A stretch of 64,000 bases of DNA from Candidatus Omnitrophota bacterium (GTDB lineage Bacteria > Omnitrophota > Gorgyraeia > Zapsychrales > JANLHA01): the NCBI GenBank assembly GCA_023143685.1, contig JAGLHE010000055.1, positions 14,984 to 78,983 of the forward strand, written 5' to 3'. The notes under the pieces are model-generated. The model made no database searches. It was not told the DNA's origin and saw only the letters and a program-made list of their open reading frames with translations. Positions within the stretch are counted from its first letter, which is position 1. Each line of letters starts with the position of its first letter. This document shows positions 1 to 9,729 of the stretch, one piece after another. Position numbers and translations under genes: made by a program.

Positions 1-1
1 T

Positions 2-625
2 TTGCCGGATAAACTTAATGACAAGGAATTCTTAAGGAAATTTGCGCGTATCGTTGGCAATGAGGCCGGGCGTATCAATAACCTTGTTGAACAACTTAAC
101 GATTTTGCCAAACCTGCCGCTCCCAAACCTGAAAAAACCAATATCCACCAACTACTTAACGATACACTAGACTTTTTAAACAGTAAATTCATTCATAACA
201 GAGTTGAAGTGGTCAAAAATTTTATACCGGAAGATTTAATTTTAAACGTCGACCCAAACCTGATCCGTCAAGCTGTCTTAAACATCATCCTGAACGCCCT
301 GGACGCCATGCCCTCCGGCGGAACCTTAACAATCGAGACCAAATGGGCTAAGATCATCGCCCCCGGCACTGATCACCAAACAGATCAGCGATCATCTGTG
401 TCTAAAAAACAATCTGCAATCATCTGCGTTAGAGATACTGGCGTAGGCATCAACAAAAAAGACCTAAAAAACATCTTCGACCCGTTCTTCACCAAAAAAG
501 ACGAAGGCACAGGATTAGGACTGGCTGTCACGCAAGGGATCATGGAAGATCACGGCGGGCAAATTAAGATTGAGAGTACGGTTGAGGTCGGGACGAGTGT
601 GATACTGGAATTTGATTTAAAATAA
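2..625 (+). CDS. Histidine kinase, C-terminal fragment (HATPase_c); the 5' part lies outside the window
   Basis: N-box NIILNALDAM, G-boxes DTGVGI and GTGLGLAV; the ORF runs off the window start. Confidence 0.75.
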   Translation: MPDKLNDKEFLRKFARIVGNEAGRINNLVEQLNDFAKPAAPKPEKTNIHQLLNDTLDFLNSKFIHNRVEVVKNFIPEDLILNVDPNLIRQAVLNIILNALDAMPSGGTLTIETKWAKIIAPGTDHQTDQRSSVSKKQSAIICVRDTGVGINKKDLKNIFDPFFTKKDEGTGLGLAVTQGIMEDHGGQIKIESTVEVGTSVILEFDLK

Positions 626-673
626 ACAACGCAAAACTTTACGCTAAACTACGCGAAAAAAAGATGTGAGAAA

Positions 674-760
674 ATAAACTCGCTTGATAGTTCTGATTGC
701 TCGCAACTATTTTATGCCCGTATAGGAATTTCGTATGGAATCTTTGAAATTCCTATACTA
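674..760. repeat. Dispersed repeat family, copy 1 (about 90 bp; contains 13-bp inverted repeat GTATAGGAATTTC..GAAATTCCTATAC)
   Basis: Near-identical sequence at about 13703-13790, 18741-18816, 38888-38945 and 62693-62745; all copies are intergenic. Confidence 0.8.
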
Positions 761-818
761 TAAATTAATATACAAAAATTTATGACAATGTCGTCCACTT
801 CGTACTTATCAAAATTAC

Positions 819-2009
819 TCAAAGTTTTCCCGCATCGAACAACTGCACGATCGCAACGGCAGGAATAGGATTAAACTGCATGCCGCTACACCGCTTAATC
901 TCTTCGATCGCGTCTTTCTTGCTATTCGCCCGTCGATACGGCCTATCTGTAATCATCGCGTCAAACGTATCTGCTACCGCGATAATCGAAGCAACCATCG
1001 GCACGTCATCACCTTTCAATCCATGCGGGTACCCTGCCCCATCATGCCGCTCATGATGATGCAACACCCCGTCTAAACTCTCGGTCAACTCTGACAGCGG
1101 CCGCAAGATTTCAACCCCATGAATCGGATGCTGCTTAATCACTTCAAACTCTTCATCTGTCAATTTGCTAGGCTTATTCAAAATCGCTTCAGGGATACCG
1201 ATCTTTCCGATGTCGTGAAAGATTCCGGCGAGGTAAAGATTTTCAAAAAATGCTTCATCAAACTGCGCGGTCCCGTTTGCCACCATCTGACGCGCAACTG
1301 CTGTCGCATAATTGGTCACACGTTCAGTATGTCCATGCGTATACTTATCCTTAGCTTCAATCGTGGATCCTAACACGATCGTCGCACGGATAAACAAATC
1401 ATGATTCTTGCGTGATTCCGCCTTTAAGTCTTCAAAAAGCTGAGCGTTACGGATCGCCATCGCCGCGTCTGACGCAAGGGCCGCAAAAAAATCAAGCTCT
1501 TCCTGCTTAAACGGTGTTCCATCCCTCTTGCTACCTAAAAGAAGCACTGCCAGAAGTTTATCTTTATAATATGCCGGCACACAAGCAGCTGCATTGATCA
1601 TCTGCATCTGGTCGCCAAACTTATGTAACAGTTCTTTAAGTCCGTTACCGTTGCTCATCAGACTCTCTTGCCAGAGCATTTTGTTAAGATCCTCGACGAG
1701 GATAGCATTTTTGTTGATCGTTAAGAACCGATACTCTTTTTCGCGAAGGAGCCTAATGACCGGGCTGTCGTGGTCAAACCGGGTAAACCCTTCAGGGATC
1801 TTGATACCGGAAGGACCGCGCGTAATTTTAAGGACATAGGTGTCGCGCACATCATCATAAAGAAGCATGCCCCCATGCTGAAGCTGGACCTTGCTGACAA
1901 TCATGCGGATAATAAGCTTAATCAACAGCTTCGGGTCATGAATCATAATCATTCCGTGGCTGGCAGCTTCGAGTTCTTTTTTGTAATCTATTTTATGTTT
2001 TGTTTTCAT
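819..2009 (-). CDS. HD-GYP domain c-di-GMP phosphodiesterase with N-terminal GAF domain
   Basis: HDIGKIGIP motif and HHERHDGAGYP (HD-GYP); GAF-like N-terminus. The ORF track starts at TTG 2027; the ATG at 2009 is more likely. Confidence 0.75.
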   Translation of the reverse strand: MKTKHKIDYKKELEAASHGMIMIHDPKLLIKLIIRMIVSKVQLQHGGMLLYDDVRDTYVLKITRGPSGIKIPEGFTRFDHDSPVIRLLREKEYRFLTINKNAILVEDLNKMLWQESLMSNGNGLKELLHKFGDQMQMINAAACVPAYYKDKLLAVLLLGSKRDGTPFKQEELDFFAALASDAAMAIRNAQLFEDLKAESRKNHDLFIRATIVLGSTIEAKDKYTHGHTERVTNYATAVARQMVANGTAQFDEAFFENLYLAGIFHDIGKIGIPEAILNKPSKLTDEEFEVIKQHPIHGVEILRPLSELTESLDGVLHHHERHDGAGYPHGLKGDDVPMVASIIAVADTFDAMITDRPYRRANSKKDAIEEIKRCSGMQFNPIPAVAIVQLFDAGKL

Positions 2010-2028
2010 GATAAAGACACTAATCAAT

Positions 2029-2145
2029 TGTCATTTCGACCGAAGGGAGAAATCTTGTTTTTTAAGATTCCTCGCTTCGCTTCGGAATGACAAAAATATT
2101 GATTTTATATTTCATATTCACAAACGTTGCACGTTGAACATCGCC
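2029..2145. repeat. 5'-leader repeat element, copy A (imperfect hairpin plus conserved AT-rich tail), upstream of the HD-GYP gene
   Basis: About 85% identical to 2587-2690; shared core ggaatgacaaaaatattgatttta...catattcacaa.cgttgcacgt. Confidence 0.7.
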
Positions 2146-2162
2146 CGTCGCACGCCACCAGT

Positions 2163-2522
2163 CTAAGCCTTAAGTTCTGCTAACACTATTTTTTCCAATT
2201 CGTCTAACACCAGCGGTTTGTGAATGAACCCTTGCACGCCTAAAGCTTCGGTTTCTTTAATCATATCTTCTTCTTCTATCCCTGAAACCATAATGACCTT
2301 CACATTGTTGCCGCTTTCGCGAATTTCGCGCAACAGCTCAACCCCTGTCTTTTCATCCATGCGGATATCCAAAAGGATCAGATCAAACTCCTGGTCTTGA
2401 ATAATTTCATGCGCTTCGTCTCCGCCGCTTGCAGTATAAACGTCAATGCCGCGCTTTTTAAAAAACCTTTTAGCAAATTCCCTGATATCAATTTCATCGT
2501 CGACAATTAATAGTTTAGACAT
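2163..2522 (-). CDS. Single-domain response regulator (receiver, CheY-like)
   Basis: LLIVDDE, conserved D in LILLDIRM, KPL motif near the C-terminus; 119 aa. Confidence 0.8.
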   Translation of the reverse strand: MSKLLIVDDEIDIREFAKRFFKKRGIDVYTASGGDEAHEIIQDQEFDLILLDIRMDEKTGVELLREIRESGNNVKVIMVSGIEEEDMIKETEALGVQGFIHKPLVLDELEKIVLAELKA

Positions 2523-2586
2523 ATTTTAGCTCCTGTTAGGTTATAAATTATATCTTGCCTGTCTAAATTACCATTTTTCCCTTGGT

Positions 2587-2690
2587 GTCATCTCGAGCAT
2601 AGCGAGAGATCTAAACAAAAGATTCCTCGCTCCTGCTCGGAATGACAAAAATATTGATTTTAATCTCATATTCACAACCGTTGCACGTCA
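2587..2690. repeat. 5'-leader repeat element, copy B, upstream of the receiver gene
   Basis: Paralogous to 2029-2145. Confidence 0.7.
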
Positions 2691-4880
2691 AGAATATGCC
2701 GGCAAAGTGATACGCACCTGTGTACCTTTCATGTGTTCTGACGTGTATTGTACTTTTCCGCCATGGTTCTCTTCAATCAAACGTTGGATAACAAACAACC
2801 CTAACCCTGTTCCTTTTCGGCTGGACAACTTGGTCGTAAAAAATGGGGTAAACAATTTTTCTTTATCTTCTTCTTTAATCCCCATGCCGGTATCTGACAA
2901 AACAATCTTCATCTTACCTGATGGTGTTGCTTCAGCTTCAATGCGAATAATCGCCTTGAAATCCGGCTCTTTAAGTTCTTCTTTTCTTTGCATCATCGCG
3001 TCAAACGCATTATCAACAAGATTAAAAAACACTTCCTGCAACTGGGTAAAATTTCCTTTAATCTTTGGAAGGTCTCTACTATACTCGCGCATAATAGCTA
3101 GCTGTCCCGGCTTGATCTTAAACTGCGTCATCTCAAGTGCAGCGTCGATCAGGGCATCTAAGTCAACGGCTGCAAACCCTTCTTCCCCCTTACGCGTGTA
3201 TTTTAAAAGCCCACGCACAATGTCACCACCCTGCGAAACATTATCTTCAATACGATGAAGAGCATGTTCAATATCAACCATCATTTCTTTAATTTCATCC
3301 GGGACAGGAACATTCTTCTTCATCTTAATCGTATCAAGCACGTCCCCCGCAATAAACCCCAGCGCATGAAAACGATTGTTGATCTGGTGCGAAAGGCCGT
3401 CAGCCATAGTCCCGATCGTAGCCATTTTTTCAGCTTTAAAAAGCTGTTCATGCGTTTCTTTCATGTCCTCATAAAAAAACGCATTCTCAATCGCAAGAGC
3501 GGCCTGGTTAGCGAGGATAGTAAAAACCGCCAAATCATCTTCGGTAAACATCTTACCTGAAAGTTTTTGGCCCAAGACAATCACGCCAACCAACTTTTCA
3601 TCCACAAACGTTGGAATAATAACTGCGGCACATAATTCTTTTAATTGCGCGTCAACTTCTTTAAGTTTTTCATCATTCCGATCTTGAGCTTTTTGGCTCA
3701 CCTCGTCAGTAACAATAGGACGTCTATATTTTTTGATTTCATCAATAAGTGCTGTTTTGGCATCGATGACTTTGGGCGGCTGGTTTGCGAGCTCTTCATT
3801 GCTTTTAATCGCACGCAAACCATACTGTTTATCTTCTTTATTATATAAATAAACCATACTGTGCGAGAGTCGCACAGTACGCGTGACAATATGCGCGATC
3901 AAACTTGTTAGCCGCCGCAAATCCTTGATCCGCCCCATACCCGCAGAGGCGCGGCGCAAAGTGTTTTGATATCGACGGCGTTCATGAAACAACTTGCTTT
4001 CAGCCCGGTTTTGAATGTAAAGATAAATAAATGGCCCAACAGTTGCCAAGACAGTTGAAGTAATCAACGGCGCCAACCACCATGACTCCCCCAGAACGCT
4101 GGTCAACCACGACCGCCCCGCAAAGGCTAAAATAAAAGGTATGCCAAGGATAAGGGAATATGTAGCAACAAATATCCCGGTGCGGGTGATGACGAGGGTG
4201 ATGTCCATGAGGCGGTAGCGAACGATGCCGTAGCCGATAATAACAGGGTAAATAGCAATTAAAAAATTTGAATACGGATAAACACCATCAACAAAAATTG
4301 TCAAAAAATTCCCGTGCGCCCCCAAGAAACCGATGCATGACCCAAGAATCAAATACTTCACAGCATTTCGTCTTACCCCAGCAGACTTGAAAAAGAATAT
4401 TAACAAGCGCGCGAACGAATACAGCAACAGAATCCAATAAAAACTGATATACATTATTACATAAAGCACCCCCTTTTTCTCAGTCCAATTGGTGTAAAAA
4501 AATTCATTAAAAACAAACCTTACACCCCCAAAAAAAGATTCTGGGAAACAAAAATTAAAGACAAGAAAGAGACACGCTAAACTATAAATTAGAAAAAGCC
4601 ATGCTGATTTTTTTAAATTGCAATACATTAAAACAAAATGCGAGAATAAAACAGGAATAAGAATCGTTCCAATATGTGCAATTTGCCAACCGAAAACTGC
4701 AAGCCTTTCAGATAAAGCTGTCGTGGCAATTAGACCGCCTAGCCCCCAGACAAAAACAGCTAAAGACGCCCAACTCCACATTTCCACAAAGGGCCTTTTA
4801 CCACTCCTTATTCTTAACAAAAACACAAGGATGCCACACATGACTACAATCAACAGATTTGATAAAGCTAATAAATGCAT
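2688..4880 (-). CDS. Membrane sensor histidine kinase (multi-TM N-terminus, GAF, HisKA, HATPase_c)
   Basis: Hydrophobic N-terminal 300 aa, H-box LSHQINNRFH, G-boxes DTGMGI and GTGLGLFV. Confidence 0.75.
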   Translation of the reverse strand: MHLLALSNLLIVVMCGILVFLLRIRSGKRPFVEMWSWASLAVFVWGLGGLIATTALSERLAVFGWQIAHIGTILIPVLFSHFVLMYCNLKKSAWLFLIYSLACLFLVFNFCFPESFFGGVRFVFNEFFYTNWTEKKGVLYVIMYISFYWILLLYSFARLLIFFFKSAGVRRNAVKYLILGSCIGFLGAHGNFLTIFVDGVYPYSNFLIAIYPVIIGYGIVRYRLMDITLVITRTGIFVATYSLILGIPFILAFAGRSWLTSVLGESWWLAPLITSTVLATVGPFIYLYIQNRAESKLFHERRRYQNTLRRASAGMGRIKDLRRLTSLIAHIVTRTVRLSHSMVYLYNKEDKQYGLRAIKSNEELANQPPKVIDAKTALIDEIKKYRRPIVTDEVSQKAQDRNDEKLKEVDAQLKELCAAVIIPTFVDEKLVGVIVLGQKLSGKMFTEDDLAVFTILANQAALAIENAFFYEDMKETHEQLFKAEKMATIGTMADGLSHQINNRFHALGFIAGDVLDTIKMKKNVPVPDEIKEMMVDIEHALHRIEDNVSQGGDIVRGLLKYTRKGEEGFAAVDLDALIDAALEMTQFKIKPGQLAIMREYSRDLPKIKGNFTQLQEVFFNLVDNAFDAMMQRKEELKEPDFKAIIRIEAEATPSGKMKIVLSDTGMGIKEEDKEKLFTPFFTTKLSSRKGTGLGLFVIQRLIEENHGGKVQYTSEHMKGTQVRITLPAYS

Positions 4881-4901
4881 AATTTAAGGATCCAGAACCC
4901 C

Positions 4902-5996
4902 TCATACATTTTGTGTTAATTTCTTGACAATTAAGAAAAAAACATGTCCGTTTTCTTCTCTAATAATCTCTACAGACATGGCTCCTAAAAATTTTCTGAA
5001 GAAATTCTGCAAGGCTACTGCATCTCGTTTATAGAAATTCCAATCACAAAACCACCCCAAAGGGAGATAAACTTCAGGATATTGCGAATCACAAGACGCA
5101 ACTACAAGTGTACCCCCAGGACGCAATTTATTATAAAAAAATTCAATAAAACGCTCAAGTGTACTATTCAAGAAATAATCAATAAGTCCCATACTGTATA
5201 TCAAATCATAATTATCAAAAAATGCGGGATCCTTCTTATCAGTTAGCCCAAGAATTTGGATCACGCTCTGGTTATAAATTCGCATACGCACATTAGGATA
5301 ACTTGACAACTCCTTTTCAGACAACGCTAATCCCTCCATATCTTGATCAACGAGAGAGCAATTAACCCTTTTAGAAACATTTCTACTTTCTGAAAAAAAT
5401 TCCCGCAATTCTCTGCATCCACCACATCCTAAATTTGCAATATTAACAACATCTCTCTCTGTCGATGCGAAAAACTCTGCTAAAATTTTTTTCATAATTT
5501 CCTTGCGGTTTATAACAGCACTACTCAAAGTATTATCAATAATAAATTTATCAAAGTAAGCCCCAATCCCCTTCGAACTATTGTATTGATCATAAATCAT
5601 TTCAAACATCATATAATCCCCAGGATATCCCCTCGGCTTCTCATAAAATCGTCGCAACAAATCCGACTTAAAAATATATTCAAAGACACTTTCTCTGAAC
5701 AAAAATCTAATTTTTTCTGCACCACCAGGAGAGATATTCTTCGATAGGCCATCGGAAGACAACAAAATATTTATCGTCTTCTCTTTTAAAATTTCATACA
5801 AGTTCGCATTAAAGGCTTTTCCTTCCTTGTCCTCCCCAGACAACCTCTCTAAGAATTCAGAATATCCCGTTAAAAGCTTCAAAAAACTTTCAAGCGTTCC
5901 TCTCCTCTCATAAGACAAAGTGTGAGCTGTTTTCTTATTATCGTCATCAATAAATACTTCACGGAAACAGCCAGAAAGTCTTTCAAGATTGCTCAT
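4902..5996 (-). CDS. Class I SAM-dependent methyltransferase-like protein
   Basis: Gly-rich SAM motif ANLGCGGCRE in an alternating hydrophobic context; overlaps the upstream oxidoreductase gene by 14 nt (operon). Confidence 0.4.
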   Translation of the reverse strand: MSNLERLSGCFREVFIDDDNKKTAHTLSYERRGTLESFLKLLTGYSEFLERLSGEDKEGKAFNANLYEILKEKTINILLSSDGLSKNISPGGAEKIRFLFRESVFEYIFKSDLLRRFYEKPRGYPGDYMMFEMIYDQYNSSKGIGAYFDKFIIDNTLSSAVINRKEIMKKILAEFFASTERDVVNIANLGCGGCRELREFFSESRNVSKRVNCSLVDQDMEGLALSEKELSSYPNVRMRIYNQSVIQILGLTDKKDPAFFDNYDLIYSMGLIDYFLNSTLERFIEFFYNKLRPGGTLVVASCDSQYPEVYLPLGWFCDWNFYKRDAVALQNFFRKFLGAMSVEIIREENGHVFFLIVKKLTQNV

Positions 5997-7416
5997 ATAA
6001 AATCCTCGTGTTTCTATTTATTTCGCTCATTCTTTTAAAAACAATCCTGGCCACCTTTTCCCCCACAATTGCAACTCCATCTATACCTTGGGCAACGGTA
6101 CTCCAGTGGCTAGACACAAAAAGATTTTCTAAAATTTTATCTCTTAAAAAATCCGGATCCATAAATTGATTAGTGCTCATAGCCCAGCCATAAGCAGCCC
6201 CCTTATAATTCCTAGTCCAATGAAACAAAGTTTGTGGGGTCGCCGCACTTTTATGCAGGATGCTTTGTCGTAATTTTGGAACAACATCTTCAGCTCTATT
6301 TATCATTTTGGCAATCATGAGTTGCTTTTGTTTAGCCCAATATTCTTTAGATTTAAAAAGGGCGTTCGCGTATATTGTGCACGTCTTTTTCGCAGAATCA
6401 AATCGAACCATCACCCAAGTAGAATCCGACGACGAAACTTTTTTAGATGTGTTAATAAAAAATTTTTTATCTACCAGCCAGACATTGCAGCGATTGGGAA
6501 GGCGGACATCAGCATCCTTGTTTAACCCCAGATAAACGACAAAGAGGGTGCGGGCTGGGACCATTTTATTTATTTTAGTTGTCGTTTTAGACGACAAATG
6601 ATTCTTTCCAATTAAAGATAAAAATGTTTGCCTTGCATCACAAGATGAGACGATAATCTGCGCTAATATCTCCTGACCTGTGTTCAAACGAATTCCCTGT
6701 GCGGTTTTATTTTTAATTAAAATTCTTTTAACTTCTTGAGATAGCAGAATTTCACCACCTAATTCTAAAAATCTTTTCCGCAGCAACTCGGGAACGATAT
6801 GCATGCCATCGGGGGGATAATAACCCCCATCAAGAATAAATTGTCGATAATGTTTAATAGCTGTAAATGCATTAATTTCATGCGCAGAAACTCCAAGATT
6901 CCCCAGAATCAAAAGAGAAAGCACGCTTTTTAAATCTTCATGGTTAAATGTTTCGTCTAAAATTTCCAAGAATGTTCGATTTCTTGTTTTAATAACAAGA
7001 TCCATGCTCTCACAATAAATAAATTCTTGAAAAAAATATTGAATTTGTTTCTCTTCTTCAGGAAAAATGGAAATAAATTCCTCAATCGTGCGTAGTTTAT
7101 TTTGCCAAAAATTTATTGTATATTCCGCAGTTACTATTTGATCCGTAGGATTATGCCTGACAAAATCCAACTGTTCTAAGACGCCCAAATCCTTAAGAAT
7201 ATTATAAAAATGTTCCCCCTTTGATAAATTTCCCAAAGTATGTGCACATGCATCAAATTGCCAATGTTTCACCTTAAACGATGTACAATACCCTCCCACT
7301 TTCTTATTCCTCTCCACAATCAACACCTTCAAACCAGCCTTGGCTAAATAACATCCACAGACAAGGCCACCAATCCCAGCCCCGATTATAATTACATCAT
7401 ATTCATCCTTTTTCAT
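5983..7416 (-). CDS. FAD/NAD(P)-dependent oxidoreductase, phytoene desaturase (CrtI)-like family
   Basis: N-terminal dinucleotide-binding motif DVIIIGAGIGGLVCGCYLAKAGLKVLIVE..GG; about 480 aa. The track gives 7446; the start at 7416 (MKKDEYDVIIIG) is more likely. Confidence 0.6.
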   Translation of the reverse strand: MKKDEYDVIIIGAGIGGLVCGCYLAKAGLKVLIVERNKKVGGYCTSFKVKHWQFDACAHTLGNLSKGEHFYNILKDLGVLEQLDFVRHNPTDQIVTAEYTINFWQNKLRTIEEFISIFPEEEKQIQYFFQEFIYCESMDLVIKTRNRTFLEILDETFNHEDLKSVLSLLILGNLGVSAHEINAFTAIKHYRQFILDGGYYPPDGMHIVPELLRKRFLELGGEILLSQEVKRILIKNKTAQGIRLNTGQEILAQIIVSSCDARQTFLSLIGKNHLSSKTTTKINKMVPARTLFVVYLGLNKDADVRLPNRCNVWLVDKKFFINTSKKVSSSDSTWVMVRFDSAKKTCTIYANALFKSKEYWAKQKQLMIAKMINRAEDVVPKLRQSILHKSAATPQTLFHWTRNYKGAAYGWAMSTNQFMDPDFLRDKILENLFVSSHWSTVAQGIDGVAIVGEKVARIVFKRMSEINRNTRILYEQS

Positions 7417-7421
7417 TACTA

Positions 7422-8654
7422 CTAAACCTCCCTGAACACTACACAAGCATTATTCCCCCCAAATGCCTGGGCGTTGTTTAATACTAGACTTACTTCTTTC
7501 TCGCGACTTTTGTTCGGTACACAGTCAATCTTGCATTCCGGATCTTGATTTTCTAAATTAATTGTTGGGGGAATTTTATTGTCTTGAATTGCCAGGCAAC
7601 ACGCAATCGCTTCTAATGCTGAAGCAGCACCCATAGTATGCCCTAACATCGACTTAATTGAACTAACAGGAATATTTTTCATGTCATTTCCAAAAACTCT
7701 GTTAAAGGCCTCGCTCTCAACCCCGTCATTCTCCTTGGTAGCTGTGCCGTGCGCGCTTATATAATCTACCTTGCTCTTTTGAATCCCCGCATTTTTAATA
7801 GCCTTTTCAATGGCATTACTAGCCCCGTTTGTCGACGGAATAGTCATATGCTGCGCATTACACGACAAACCATACCCTAGAACTTCCGCATAAACCTTGG
7901 CCTTACGCTTTTGCGCACTTTCTAAAGATTCTAAAACAAGCATGCCTGAGCCTTCACCAAGCATCATCCCTTGACGATCTTTATCAAACGGTTGACAACG
8001 CCGTTCTGCCATGGCAAACATACGGCCAAACCCTGTAAACGCAACACGTGAAAGTGCGTCTGACCCGCCAGCCAGGATGTAATCTGCTCTTCCAGAAGAT
8101 ATTAAATCTAAAGCATATCCAATGGAATAATTTCCAGCTGCGCAGGCGTTGCCAAACAGAAGATTATGTCCTGCCAGCTTTAATTCGTGTGCTACATTAA
8201 TCGGGATGACATTGTAGGGATAATAAAGTATGCGTTTTGCATATGTTATGGATTGCGTTTTTTTTATAGAATGTTTTACGAATTGTTCCGCAACTTGTAT
8301 CTCCCCCATCGTCGTCCCAACACAAACCCCCATCTTTAAATTCTTTAATTCTGCAAGGGTCAGTCCCGCATCTTTGACTGCTAACTTACTTGCTGCGATG
8401 GCAAACTTTGATGCGCGAGGAAGAAATTTTAGTTTATTTTTTCGGATAAACTTCTCCGGCTCAAAACCACTAACCTCTCCCGCATAATGACGATCATATG
8501 CTGATGTATCGAATAAAGAAATTTTGCGGATACCGGCCTTGCCGGCTAATAAGTTTTCCCAGAACGTTTGCCAGCCAATCCCTATTGAAGAAATCACTCC
8601 AAGGCCTGTGATGACGACGCGTCGGGATGGAGGTTGTTTTTTGTTTTTGGTCAT
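7422..8654 (-). CDS. Beta-ketoacyl-ACP synthase (KAS II/FabF-like)
   Basis: RVVITGLGVISSIG N-terminus; Cys in FGNACAAG, HGTAT and GHTMGAAS motifs. Confidence 0.8.
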   Translation of the reverse strand: MTKNKKQPPSRRVVITGLGVISSIGIGWQTFWENLLAGKAGIRKISLFDTSAYDRHYAGEVSGFEPEKFIRKNKLKFLPRASKFAIAASKLAVKDAGLTLAELKNLKMGVCVGTTMGEIQVAEQFVKHSIKKTQSITYAKRILYYPYNVIPINVAHELKLAGHNLLFGNACAAGNYSIGYALDLISSGRADYILAGGSDALSRVAFTGFGRMFAMAERRCQPFDKDRQGMMLGEGSGMLVLESLESAQKRKAKVYAEVLGYGLSCNAQHMTIPSTNGASNAIEKAIKNAGIQKSKVDYISAHGTATKENDGVESEAFNRVFGNDMKNIPVSSIKSMLGHTMGAASALEAIACCLAIQDNKIPPTINLENQDPECKIDCVPNKSREKEVSLVLNNAQAFGGNNACVVFREV

Positions 8655-8707
8655 AATTTTATTCCTGGATTCCTACTTTGACTATTCTGTCTTCTGTTCT
8701 CTATCTT

Positions 8708-9136
8708 TTACCGCTGTACACTAAAAAACATTTGCATCGCGGCAATTTGCTTAGCATCAACATCAACATTCACATCAGCACAACCCATATTATCGAGTAA
8801 TTTTGTTCCGCAAACTTCCAGATTCAGCACATCCCCGGCTGTGGCATGCCCCATAAACTCTGCCTTGACTTTTCCTATCACATACCGTGGCCGCTCCCCC
8901 TCTTTGACCCGGCTGACATGGTACAAAACAAGCGCGGCCTGGGCAGCGGCTTCGATTAATAACGTTTCAGGGAAGGTTTCACACTTCTGGCCGTACCCGA
9001 CGAACGGCCATTCATTGGCAGTAATATTTTTAATAGCAATAAGACTTTTGTCCTTTTTTATATCAATCACCCGGTCGATCAACAGCATCGGGTAAACATG
9101 TGGCAGGATTTGTTGTAGTTGATTGTGATTAAGCAT
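8708..9136 (-). CDS. FabZ/FabA-like 3-hydroxyacyl-ACP dehydratase (hotdog fold)
   Basis: LPHVYPMLLIDRV N-terminal motif and length typical of FabZ; first gene of the 9136-to-4902 minus-strand cluster. Confidence 0.6.
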   Translation of the reverse strand: MLNHNQLQQILPHVYPMLLIDRVIDIKKDKSLIAIKNITANEWPFVGYGQKCETFPETLLIEAAAQAALVLYHVSRVKEGERPRYVIGKVKAEFMGHATAGDVLNLEVCGTKLLDNMGCADVNVDVDAKQIAAMQMFFSVQR

Positions 9137-9396
9137 ACTTTTTAGAAAACACAGCTGAGCACAGATTTAAAATACAGATCAGCACTGATCCAAAACACAG
9201 GGCTGAAAAACGCTAATTTAGGCAACCTTAGTTAGTATTACTAAGAATATATATTATTATAAGAATATAGTGAAACGATGGCAAGGGGGAAGAAGAATAA
9301 TTACTCGCGGAGTTTACCCGCAATTATTTTGTGCGGGCTTGAGATGACAATGGGGTGAAAAACACTTCACATAACAGACAGTAATGGTGTTTTTCT

Positions 9397-9630
9397 TTAA
9401 CACCGATTTTCGCAGGGCGCATATCCGCCATAATGAAAAACTGCATGAAAACTGCAGTCTTCAAAGTTTTTCTCTTCAAGCTGAGTTGTTTCTCTATTTG
9501 CAATCAACTTGCAAATTTCCTGGTGATACCTGGCCCCCTTTTGAGTCACAAAGACATCTGCGGCAAACGCGGCACTCGTAACTGCCAAAAAGCTCAGCAT
9601 CAAAACAACTGACATTGCTTTCTTTAACAT
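9397..9630 (-). CDS. Small secreted protein (signal peptide, 4 Cys), unknown function
   Basis: N-terminal hydrophobic segment followed by AFAAD; 77 aa. Confidence 0.35.
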   Translation of the reverse strand: MLKKAMSVVLMLSFLAVTSAAFAADVFVTQKGARYHQEICKLIANRETTQLEEKNFEDCSFHAVFHYGGYAPCENRC

Positions 9631-9729
9631 CTCATTTCCCCCTTTTTGTTTGTTTAACTTTTCTTCACCTGTTCAACACGTGTTAATATCCTGTTCCTCC
9701 CGTCGTAAGCACCCCGCCAACGACAAGAC

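Noticed and set aside
720-758. Genuine Flp/FRT site
   Set aside because: The arm resembles the FRT arm (GTATAGGAATTTC vs GTATAGGAACTTC), but the spacer is 13 nt rather than 8. Five dispersed copies plus conserved flanks fit a repeat element better than a yeast-type recombination target.
1119-2090. Plus-strand ORFs 1119..1373, 1594..1839, 1770..2090, and similar antisense ORFs throughout (e.g. 2707..3258, 9825..10193, 10806..11261, 17419..17766, 28776..29132, 57500..57916, 60963..61382)
   Set aside because: They lie wholly inside well-supported genes on the opposite strand, have low-complexity or Ser/Pro/Cys-rich composition, and show no motifs.
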